Assembly (NCBI GenBank): GCA_016932855.1
Contig: JAFGCB010000024.1
Location: 2,813-66,812 of the forward strand
Direction: 5' to 3'
DNA length: 64,000 bases
DNA from: Candidatus Omnitrophota bacterium
GTDB taxonomy: Bacteria > Omnitrophota > Gorgyraeia > Duberdicusellales > Duberdicusellaceae
Below are positions 38,244-45,924 of the stretch, piece by piece (within the stretch, counting starts at the first letter, position 1; each line of letters opens with the position of its first letter). The position numbers and the translations under genes are program-made. The notes beneath the pieces were generated by a model, which was not told the origin of the DNA, searched no databases, and saw only the letters and a program-made list of their open reading frames with translations.

Positions 38244-39812
38244 TTAAACCTTAGCAGTTTCTTTTATTTTTTCAATAAGTGGCTTATCGACTAATCGGTT
38301 TCCCCAGTGGAAATCAGAGACTTCAAAGCCGTGTTTTTTGCCGAGGTTTCTTATTTCATCAATCTTTTCTATGGTTATGTTTCCGCGTCCGAAACTAAAG
38401 TTTTCAAAGCGTTTTTCTAGCGCAAGAATAATTGCTTCAGCAAAGCACCCGTACAGAGTCTCAGTTGTGGGCAGGCCGGTGTCGAAAGGAAATGTAATCG
38501 GCGTGGGAGTTTTGGTTAAGCCTCCGGAGAAAATAAGAATATCTTCCCGGGCGGTGGGCATATAGGAAACATTCTTTGGATATCCGACGTCACAGATTAT
38601 TGCGCCGGGCTTAAACCAACTGACATTAAGAATTGAAGCGCTTACGCTTGCGGCAGCAATAATAATATCAGCATCTCTTACGGCCTTTTCGTTGTCTGTG
38701 GAAGCGACAATTTCAGCTTTGTGTTTTTTTGCTAATTCGTGGCGTAAAGCCCGGAGGTTTGTCTTTGTCCGGCCGGTGATAGTTAATGTTTTTACTTTAT
38801 CGGACAATACTCTTGAGCAAGCGCTTCCGATATCGCCGGTACCACCGATTATAGCGACTTTCACTTGACTTACATCGAGATTTAAAAGTTGCGCGCCTTT
38901 TAGGACTCCATCAATAGCCATGGCTGCGGTAAAGGTATTTCCGGAGGTAAGAGGTACGTCAACTTCATGGGCAGCTTGGTGGCCTATTCTTTCTGCGACG
39001 ATAGAAGTAAAGCCACCCAGGGTTACGATTCCCACTCCTTGTTTTTCAGCGATTTTACAGGCTTTAACAACTTTGGAGAATATTGCCCATTTATCCTTCT
39101 CCATCATATCCGGGATAAAAGTGGCTACAATAAAGCATCCATCTACTGTTTGCCCGGTTTTGGAGCGAAAATCTTTAATGTCTGATAATTTGAACGACGG
39201 TGTTATCTGGAAAAGCTGGCCGAGAAATTCCTGCGACGGTATTTTAAAATCCGGGTTTAACATTTGAAGGCATCTGGCCAGATGATTAAAATTATAGAGA
39301 TGTCCGATAATGCCGAAGCCGGCTAATTTTTCGGTGTCGCCGTTTTTATAGCTGGTATACCTTGTGGATACCAGCCTTTTTTCCAGGGCCATTAATATTG
39401 CGGTAAAGTTGCTAGTAACTATTTGTTTCATAAAAGGTTCGGCAAAATCGCTTATTGCCGGGACACCTGCCCTCAGGTAAACTTTTAGGGAAACTAAAGT
39501 CCCTTCGGGGCGGTCTTCGAATTTCCACTCACCATGAAACTCTTCCAGGTCCCCTTCGATTGTCGTGAAACAGATGGTATTATTTTTTAAATCAAGAGTA
39601 TCTTCCTCTATCCAGCGTATAGGTACCTTGCTTACTTCTATTCGCCAATTTGTTTTCATTTTATTGTGAGTTTTCTCAATTACAGTAGCTTCCTTAACAC
39701 AAGGTACATATGACGGGAATTCCCACACTTTGGTTAAAAGTCGAACTACTCTCCATTTTTGGGCAGGGATTATTCTTGAAACGTTTACTTCGATTAGGTT
39801 TTTATCCGGCAT
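38244..39812 (-). CDS. SRPBCC (polyketide cyclase/START-like) domain fused to acyl-ACP reductase (cyanobacterial AAR-like)
   Basis: C-terminal ~340 aa aligns block by block with Synechococcus acyl-ACP reductase as I recall it: FGIIGHL, LGGFTSIV, TSGNTFTA, VAIIGGTGDIGSACSRVL, DVGYPKN, YGCFAEAIILALE, NFSFGRGNITIEKIDEI, KHGFE. N-terminal ~150 aa is an SRPBCC-type lipid-binding fold. Confidence 0.7.
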   Translation of the reverse strand: MPDKNLIEVNVSRIIPAQKWRVVRLLTKVWEFPSYVPCVKEATVIEKTHNKMKTNWRIEVSKVPIRWIEEDTLDLKNNTICFTTIEGDLEEFHGEWKFEDRPEGTLVSLKVYLRAGVPAISDFAEPFMKQIVTSNFTAILMALEKRLVSTRYTSYKNGDTEKLAGFGIIGHLYNFNHLARCLQMLNPDFKIPSQEFLGQLFQITPSFKLSDIKDFRSKTGQTVDGCFIVATFIPDMMEKDKWAIFSKVVKACKIAEKQGVGIVTLGGFTSIVAERIGHQAAHEVDVPLTSGNTFTAAMAIDGVLKGAQLLNLDVSQVKVAIIGGTGDIGSACSRVLSDKVKTLTITGRTKTNLRALRHELAKKHKAEIVASTDNEKAVRDADIIIAAASVSASILNVSWFKPGAIICDVGYPKNVSYMPTAREDILIFSGGLTKTPTPITFPFDTGLPTTETLYGCFAEAIILALEKRFENFSFGRGNITIEKIDEIRNLGKKHGFEVSDFHWGNRLVDKPLIEKIKETAKV

Positions 39813-40398
39813 TGATTAACTCCTTGATTGTGTTTTTGGTTTTAAGAGTACCTTCCTGTAAGTAAATATCATTAATTACTTCCCCGAATTCTTTCAAAAT
39901 GAATACCGGTTTACCGATTTTTACTTTAATAGGAAGAAAGAATTTTGCGAATCGCGCTCCAAAAGGAAGGGCTTTGTAAGCGCCCAGGATTGCGCAGGGA
40001 AGAATAGGCCTGCCGGTTTTAGCGGCTAAAAGCGCTGCGCCTCTGCGAAATTCACCGAGACTTCCGTCAGTGCTAAGTTTTCCTTCCGGATACAGGCCCA
40101 CGTTTTTATTCTTTAATAATAATCGTACAGCCTTATCTGAGGCATTTCCAGTAGGCAAAGCTTCCACTTTTAAGAGAAACCATTTTATGAAGGCAATTCC
40201 GTAAAGATAACGGGCCACCAGGCAGTAGATTTTTTTGGGAACAGCAGCCATGATGATTAAAGGATCAAGAAAGCTGGCATGGTTGGCAACGATAATGAAA
40301 TTTGTTTTCTGGGGGATGTTTTCTAATCCCTCCACTTCAAATTTGTAAAATGTTTTGAAAAACACGCGAAATATAGCGCAAAATATATAGTACCACAT
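39802..40398 (-). CDS. lysophospholipid (1-acyl-glycerol-3-phosphate-type) acyltransferase, PlsC family
   Basis: HxxxxD motif VANHASFLD; FPEG motif YPEGKLS; 198 aa. Confidence 0.75.
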   Translation of the reverse strand: MWYYIFCAIFRVFFKTFYKFEVEGLENIPQKTNFIIVANHASFLDPLIIMAAVPKKIYCLVARYLYGIAFIKWFLLKVEALPTGNASDKAVRLLLKNKNVGLYPEGKLSTDGSLGEFRRGAALLAAKTGRPILPCAILGAYKALPFGARFAKFFLPIKVKIGKPVFILKEFGEVINDIYLQEGTLKTKNTIKELINAG

Positions 40399-40584
40399 CT
40401 ACTTATTATTGTTATTTTCCTGGTTTTCGACCCATTCCTCTATTTTAGCTTTTTTAAAGCGCCAGTGTTTACCGACCCTAAAGGCCGGGATTTTCCCGGT
40501 CCTTGCCAGTTGATAAAGACTCGAGCGAGGTATTTTTAAATATTTACAGACTTCTTCTGCGGTTAAGATTACTTCTTGTACCAT
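40399..40584 (-). CDS. excisionase/AlpA-family helix-turn-helix DNA-binding protein
   Basis: 61 aa; LTAEEVCKYLKIPRSSLYQLARTGKIPAFRVGKHWRF is typical of the MerR-like excisionase HTH; abuts the plsC-like gene. Confidence 0.6.
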   Translation of the reverse strand: MVQEVILTAEEVCKYLKIPRSSLYQLARTGKIPAFRVGKHWRFKKAKIEEWVENQENNNNK

Positions 40585-40600
40585 CTTAATTCACGGTTCT

Positions 40601-40628
40601 AGCAGTTATAGCGGTTATAGCAGTTATG
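40601..40628. repeat. iteron-like direct repeats AGCAGTTAT-AGCGGTTAT-AGCAGTTAT
   Basis: Three contiguous 9-mers read directly, about 20 bp upstream of the HTH gene start. Confidence 0.7.
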
Positions 40629-40715
40629 TTACAGGATAGCTAAAAGTTTGTCAAGCATTTCTTGGGAGATTTGCAACAGGTCATCGAATTATTATTCACG
40701 CAATAAAACCACGGT

Positions 40716-41405
40716 TTATGGGCTTTGAGGGGCTAGTTTAAAGGGTTTATCCCGGCAGGTATCAAAAAGTTCCTTTAAGTCTTCTAGGTTAGACAAAATC
40801 AGGAGTAAATCTTTCTTTTTATCCTTATCACAATTATCTAAAGCGACGGCGACTTCGGCAATCATTGCTTTTAGTGCTGTTTCATAATCTTCCTTATTGT
40901 CCGGCCCGACAAGGGGCAGGTTGATTGCCGCAGGGTCCATGAAGGAGACGACTATTGCTCCGTCGATTTCTTTGGTCGACAGATTAAGGCGGTAAACTAC
41001 GTGCAAGACCATGGGTTTTTCGCCGATAGAGGCATTTCCATCTTTTGCAACGGAATCGCCATTAATGCCGGGGAAGAAATTTTGGTCGCGAAGCCGAAAG
41101 ATGATTGAATGTTCAGTTAGCAACTCGTCATCATCTGCGGTTATCCCAACCATATTTTTGGTGATTTCAATTTCGGGTATTGTAAAATCTTGCCCATAAA
41201 GAGTCAGATTGCTGTTTATAGGTAAATCAACAGTCATTTCCATCTCTTTAAATTTCAACTTGTAGAGCTGCATGGGCGTAAACAGCGAATCAAGGGATAA
41301 CGCCGGCATTTGCGTATTGAAATCAGGTTTTACTTTTTCTCGGTCAGGGTATGTGCTATGCAGGCAAAAAAGAAACCCTATTACAAAAATCAATGTTTTT
41401 TTCAA
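40716..41405 (-). CDS. hypothetical secreted protein
   Basis: 229 aa with N-terminal signal peptide; no recognisable motifs. Confidence 0.4.
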   Translation of the reverse strand: MKKTLIFVIGFLFCLHSTYPDREKVKPDFNTQMPALSLDSLFTPMQLYKLKFKEMEMTVDLPINSNLTLYGQDFTIPEIEITKNMVGITADDDELLTEHSIIFRLRDQNFFPGINGDSVAKDGNASIGEKPMVLHVVYRLNLSTKEIDGAIVVSFMDPAAINLPLVGPDNKEDYETALKAMIAEVAVALDNCDKDKKKDLLLILSNLEDLKELFDTCRDKPFKLAPQSP

Positions 41406-41761
41406 GAAGACCTCCTGTTATAAAAAAAAACTGAACCCCTCGCCTCCCAGCGATAAGTTCATTTTAGAACAGGAGTATAGCATATTTTGGATCACTTTTC
41501 AACATATTCAAATATTCTCGTCCGACAGAACTGTTATGGATGAGGAACTTCGTAAAGAAAACGAAACGAAATACACGCGAAGTTGCTTTTCGAATTTTGG
41601 AATGGGTAGATTTAAGGGGTGATGGCGAAAGTGGTTTGTCGTGCGCCTGGCTTTAACGAAATTGAGGCGGTGCAAACAAAATTTTGCCGCCGAAAGTTAG
41701 AAATTTGTATTTTTTTTAAAGGTTTTTTGGGTGTGTAATTATTAAACATATTTAAAAAGTC

Positions 41762-41790
41762 TTGAAAATACTTGATGCTATTGCTAAAAT
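41762..41790 (+). promoter_or_regulatory. sigma70-type promoter TTGAAA-N17-TAAAAT
   Basis: Near-consensus -35/-10 with 17-nt spacer on the plus strand in a 560-bp gene-free spacer. Confidence 0.45.
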
Positions 41791-41796
41791 TATGTT

Positions 41797-41889
41797 ACCT
41801 TAAAGTCGCTTTAAATGGGTCTCCATCGAGGGACCAAAGCCACGTATATACCCCTTCCCTGTCTATGTAGGGAAGGGGTTCTTTATTTC
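41797..41889 (+). ncRNA. candidate small RNA (~90 nt) between promoter and intrinsic terminator
   Basis: Promoter at 41762-41790 and terminator hairpin at 41851-41878 + T-tract bracket a ~90-nt unit with no coding potential. Confidence 0.3.
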
Positions 41890-41905
41890 TCGCAAGGCGA
41901 GAAAT
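41851..41905 (+). terminator. intrinsic terminator hairpin CCCCTTCCC-loop-GGGAAGGGG + TTCTTTATTT, followed by a second hairpin ATTTCTCGC/GCGAGAAAT
   Basis: Perfect 9-bp GC-rich stem with T-rich tail read directly; the second hairpin could terminate ispD on the minus strand. Confidence 0.55.
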
Positions 41906-41965
41906 AAATCCAACTGACAAATGACAAAATCCAAATGAAATCCAGAATCTATTGGGATTAGTTTA

Positions 41966-42652
41966 TTATTGGGAATCCCGTAGTTTTGACAAGTAAAATC
42001 TCGCAAGGGAAAGGTCGTGGGGAGTTGTTATTTTGAAATTCGAAGGAGAGGACGGAATAATCTTAACTTCTTTGTGTTTTTCGATTAAGATCACATCATC
42101 ATAGACATTTTTCGCCTTTTTACTTTTTGCCAAGAGATTTTTAATAAGTTTTACCCGGAGTCCCTGGGGAGTTTGAATCTGATAAATATTTCTTCTATCC
42201 AGGGTGCTTTTAACAATTTTTTGGCTATTCACAGACTTCAAGGTATCCTTGGCCGGTATTCCCGGAACCGCAGCCTCATATTTTTCTAAGGCAGAAATAA
42301 TCCTGGTAATCAGCTCTTTTTTTACGAATGGCCTGGCGGCATCGTGAATAAGGACATATTTAGCCTTAGGGCTAATACTTTCTAAGCCGTTAACAACAGA
42401 GTCTTTGCGCTGTCTTCCTCCGGCTATAACCTTTCCTGTCTTGTTAAATCCATAACGCCTGACTAAATCTTCAGCTTTTTTAATCTGATTTTTCCGGACA
42501 ACCAGTATGATTTCGCTGATTTTGGGGTGTTTCTGGAAGGTCTTCAGGCTGTAAAACAAGATAGGTTTGCTGCCCAGGGCAAGGAAAGCCTTAGGCTTTG
42601 CGCCCATGCGCTTGCCTTTGCCGGCGGCAACGATTATTGCATCAGTTTTCAT
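41966..42652 (-). CDS. ispD: 2-C-methyl-D-erythritol 4-phosphate cytidylyltransferase
   Basis: AIIVAAGKGKRMG N-terminal motif; 228 aa. Confidence 0.9.
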   Translation of the reverse strand: MKTDAIIVAAGKGKRMGAKPKAFLALGSKPILFYSLKTFQKHPKISEIILVVRKNQIKKAEDLVRRYGFNKTGKVIAGGRQRKDSVVNGLESISPKAKYVLIHDAARPFVKKELITRIISALEKYEAAVPGIPAKDTLKSVNSQKIVKSTLDRRNIYQIQTPQGLRVKLIKNLLAKSKKAKNVYDDVILIEKHKEVKIIPSSPSNFKITTPHDLSLARFYLSKLRDSQ

Positions 42653-42715
42653 GTTTAGCGTATAGCGGATAGCGTTTAGGGTGTAGCGATTAGGGATTGT
42701 TTATATCACTATAGG

Positions 42716-42738
42716 CTAACCGCTAAACCTTATACGCT
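42716..42738. repeat. intergenic motif B copy (CTAACCGCTAAACCTTATACGCT)
   Basis: Related to CTAACCGCTATACGCT at 10963 and 45198; preceded by TAGCG-rich spacer 42653-42715. Confidence 0.5.
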
Positions 42739-42739
42739 C

Positions 42740-43723
42740 TTATTGGACTACTTTGGTAAAGATTATCCGGCCGCTGGGGCTTTGGAGAATCGAGGTAACC
42801 TCTACTTTTACGGTCTTTCCTATCAGCCAGCGGGCGTTCTCCACTACTACCATTGTTCCGTCGTCTAAATAGCCTACTGCCTGGTTGTATTCTTTGCCTT
42901 CCCGGATAAGCTTTAAAGAGAACCGTTCGCCCGGCAGGAGTACCGGCTTTAAGGTTTCAGAAAGCTCGTTAATATTCAAAACTTTTACTTTTTGAAGGGC
43001 TGCTACTCTATTTAGATTGTAGTCGGTAGTCATTACCCGGGCGTCAAGAAGCTGGCCGAGCTTTACCAGCTTAGCGTCAGTATCAAGGCGGCCTTCAACT
43101 TCCTGTTCATGTATTTTCAGTTCAACGTCAGGCAGTCCCTGTAAGGTCTTTAAGATTTCAAGACCTCTTTGGCCGCGCTGGCGCTTGATGGGATCCTGGG
43201 AGTCGGAGATTATCTGGATTTCCTTAAGAATAAAGCGGGGAACAAAAAAGCGGGCTTCAATAAAGCCGGTTTTTATGATGTCTACAATTCTACCATCAAT
43301 AATCACGCTTGTATCAAGAAGTATAATATCCTGATACTGCTGTTGTTTTTTAAACTGGACATAAGGAATTACCAGGTGGAATTCGTCCTGGCCGCGCAGG
43401 CCTAAGACTAGTCCAATATAAGCAAAAACCATAAGAAAGATCGTATTAAGGGTTTCAATAAGAACTTCGTCTTTTATGCGAAGAAGCCCTAAGACACCCA
43501 TCATAATCCTGGCCAGAAGAATACCTAAAAGAAAGCCAAATACCGCTGAGGAAAGGCCTCGCAGGGAAATTTTCTTAGTGATATATTCAAAAAAGGCCAC
43601 AAAAGAAGAAATAACAAAAGCCAGGGTCATCCCCAAGAAGGGGTTATTATAGTTTGAGCCGACCTGAAACCCGATTATTACTGAGACAATAATAAAAAAT
43701 ATTCTTATTAACCAAAGTGCCAT
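42740..43723 (-). CDS. yacL: PIN and TRAM domain-containing membrane protein (YacL-like)
   Basis: N-terminal TM segments, central PIN-like domain, C-terminal TRAM (GKTVKVEVTSIL); sits between radA and ispD as in Bacillus. Confidence 0.7.
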   Translation of the reverse strand: MALWLIRIFFIIVSVIIGFQVGSNYNNPFLGMTLAFVISSFVAFFEYITKKISLRGLSSAVFGFLLGILLARIMMGVLGLLRIKDEVLIETLNTIFLMVFAYIGLVLGLRGQDEFHLVIPYVQFKKQQQYQDIILLDTSVIIDGRIVDIIKTGFIEARFFVPRFILKEIQIISDSQDPIKRQRGQRGLEILKTLQGLPDVELKIHEQEVEGRLDTDAKLVKLGQLLDARVMTTDYNLNRVAALQKVKVLNINELSETLKPVLLPGERFSLKLIREGKEYNQAVGYLDDGTMVVVENARWLIGKTVKVEVTSILQSPSGRIIFTKVVQ

Positions 43724-43818
43724 TGCAATCCTCCGTTAAAAAATTAAAATTACAGATAAAAAATTAAAATAAACCCAAAATTGACTTTCTGTTCTATTCT
43801 TTTCTTCCATTTTAATTT

Positions 43819-45156
43819 TTACGTTTTCATTTTTATTTTTTCAATCACCTCCTTTGCATTGTTAAATCCCAGGATATTAAGGCCGAAGAAATCCTTAGGA
43901 TTAAGCTTTTTGTGGTTTATTTCCGGGATAAAGGCCTGTTTAAAGCCTAAACGCTTTGCTTCCATGAGGCGCTGGGTAATATTATACGCTATTCTTAGCT
44001 CTCCGGAAAGCCCTACTTCACCGATAAAAATAGAGTCAGCCGGGACGACAAAATCCTGAGCGCTGGAGGCGACTGCCGCTACCAGGGCAAGGTCAGCAGT
44101 AGGGTCATCTATTCGTATGCCTCCGGTAATATTAACAAATACGTCCTGGGTAGCCAGATGAAGCCCCAGCCGCTTCTCAAGCATGGCTACAAGCAGGCTA
44201 AAGCGGTTAAAATCAAACCCTGAGGTTTTTCTGCGGATCATTCCGAAATTCCCCTTAGTTACCAGGGCCTGTATTTCTACAAGCATGGGGCGCATTCCTT
44301 CTAAGATGCAGGCGGTGCTTCTTCCGGGCATAATCTGGTTGTCCTGGGAGATAAAAATTGATGAGGGGTTTTCGACTTGCTCGAGGCCTTTTTGGGTCAT
44401 TTCAAAAACACCGATTTCACCTACTGAGCCGAACCTGTTCTTCATTGCCCGCAGGATTCTGAAATTTGAGTTTTTTTCACCTTCAAAGTATACCACGCAA
44501 TCAACAATATGCTCCATGACCTTAGGTCCGGAAATAACCCCTTCCTTGGTAACGTGGCCCACAATAATCAGGCATACGCCTGTTTTTTTGGCTTTTTCAG
44601 TCAGAACACCGGTGGTTTCCCTTACCTGGACCAGACTTCCGGCGGAGCCGCTTAGATAATTCAAACGCACGACCTGAATGGAATCGATTATTACGACTGA
44701 GAAGTCTTTGTCAAACAGCGGCAAAATATCTTCGATATTGTCTTCAGTGACTATAAAGAGGTTGTCAGGGCAAATACCTAAGCGTTTTGCTCTTAAGTTA
44801 ATTTGGTTTATTGATTCTTCGGCGCTTACATATAAAACTTTATTTTCCTGAGCAAGCTTGGCCGCGGTTTCAAGCAACAGGGTTGATTTGCCTACTCCCG
44901 GCTCACCGCCGATTAAGACTACTTCTCCTTTGACCAATCCTCCGCCAAGAACCCTGTCAAATTCGTTTATCCCGGTAGGCAATCTTTTTTCGGTGGTTTG
45001 CGCGAGTTCTTTTATGTTCACAAGGGTTACATCTTTAGTTTTTGCCGCCTTCCGGGGTTTTGCGTCTTCCTCTATAAAACTTTCCCAAAAGCCGCATTGA
45101 GGGCATTTGCCCAGCCATTTTAGAGTCTTATATCCGCAATTCGTACAGGCAAACAT
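43819..45156 (-). CDS. radA: DNA repair protein RadA/Sms
   Basis: C4 zinc finger CTNCGYK...CPQCGFW, Walker A GEPGVGKST, KNRFG motif, Lon-like C-terminus. Confidence 0.9.
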   Translation of the reverse strand: MFACTNCGYKTLKWLGKCPQCGFWESFIEEDAKPRKAAKTKDVTLVNIKELAQTTEKRLPTGINEFDRVLGGGLVKGEVVLIGGEPGVGKSTLLLETAAKLAQENKVLYVSAEESINQINLRAKRLGICPDNLFIVTEDNIEDILPLFDKDFSVVIIDSIQVVRLNYLSGSAGSLVQVRETTGVLTEKAKKTGVCLIIVGHVTKEGVISGPKVMEHIVDCVVYFEGEKNSNFRILRAMKNRFGSVGEIGVFEMTQKGLEQVENPSSIFISQDNQIMPGRSTACILEGMRPMLVEIQALVTKGNFGMIRRKTSGFDFNRFSLLVAMLEKRLGLHLATQDVFVNITGGIRIDDPTADLALVAAVASSAQDFVVPADSIFIGEVGLSGELRIAYNITQRLMEAKRLGFKQAFIPEINHKKLNPKDFFGLNILGFNNAKEVIEKIKMKT

Positions 45157-45195
45157 ATTTCTTCAGTTTAGGCTTGGCTAGTCACTCTACACTAG

Positions 45196-45214
45196 ACGCT
45201 AACCGCTATACGCT
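45196..45214. repeat. intergenic motif B copy (ACGCTAACCGCTATACGCT)
   Basis: Read directly upstream of radA. Confidence 0.55.
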
Positions 45215-45215
45215 T

Positions 45216-45908
45216 TTATTTACGGGGTTTGTGGAGTAGTTTCCAGGGATGCGTTTTCAAATCAGTAACAAATTCTTCGAGCTCAGTGTATAAAGCGTCT
45301 TCATAAAAAAGTTTACCTATTGTTCCCTTGCCTGATTTTAAGTCATTTAGAAGAGTTTCCAGATTTGTGGAGGCACCCTGGAGGCTTCCCACGAATTTTT
45401 TAAAGGTTTCGGTTATTTCCTGGTCTTCAACCAATTTGGCAAAGGAAGTTAATACTCTGTCAAAACGCACCAGAATATTACGGGCAAATTCCCCCATGCG
45501 ATATATAGGCACGGAATCCTGGCCGATAATCGAATCCCCGTCTTTAAGATAACCGGTGGGATCTTCCTTGGGTATAATTTCCAAATATTTTTGACCAAGG
45601 ATACTTAAGTTGTTTACAAAAGCTTCGGAACCCTGGGGTATCTTTACTGTCCGGCGTATCCAGGCATATACACATACTTTTGTTTTACCGCCTACGTTTA
45701 CCAGGGCGATATTTTTAACTTCGCCCACGTCGACTCCCGAAACCCTTACCGGCGAAGCAGGCTTCATCCCGTCGCCGAAATTAAAAAATACTTTGATAGT
45801 GTATCCGGGATTAAAAATTCTGAAATCATTGATGGAAAAAATCGCAATAATGAATATTACCAGAGCGCCTACTATAAATGCACCTAAGGCGATTTCTTTT
45901 GTTTTCAT
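45216..45908 (-). CDS. mlaD: MCE-domain protein MlaD-like
   Basis: N-terminal TM + MCE domain; operon with mlaE and mlaF. Confidence 0.7.
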   Translation of the reverse strand: MKTKEIALGAFIVGALVIFIIAIFSINDFRIFNPGYTIKVFFNFGDGMKPASPVRVSGVDVGEVKNIALVNVGGKTKVCVYAWIRRTVKIPQGSEAFVNNLSILGQKYLEIIPKEDPTGYLKDGDSIIGQDSVPIYRMGEFARNILVRFDRVLTSFAKLVEDQEITETFKKFVGSLQGASTNLETLLNDLKSGKGTIGKLFYEDALYTELEEFVTDLKTHPWKLLHKPRK

Positions 45909-45924
45909 CAGCTAAATCCCCCCT

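Noticed and set aside
38244-39812. Alternative call of the C-terminal domain as shikimate dehydrogenase or glutamyl-tRNA reductase
   Set aside because: The Rossmann motif alone is compatible with those. The multiple extra-Rossmann blocks (FGIIGHL, LGGFTSIV, NFSFGRGNITIEK, KHGFE) match acyl-ACP reductase specifically, so the AAR call is preferred pending a database search.
40399-40584. Integrated mobile element or prophage border marked by an excisionase-like gene
   Set aside because: No integrase, transposase, recombinase or phage structural genes lie anywhere in the window, and no tRNA flanks the gene. It is treated as a regulatory HTH or island relic only.
41272-41622. 116-aa plus-strand ORF in the ispD-hypothetical spacer
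   Set aside because: Low-complexity composition, overlaps the 3' end of the 40716-41405 gene antisense, and has no recognisable motifs; it is probably spurious.
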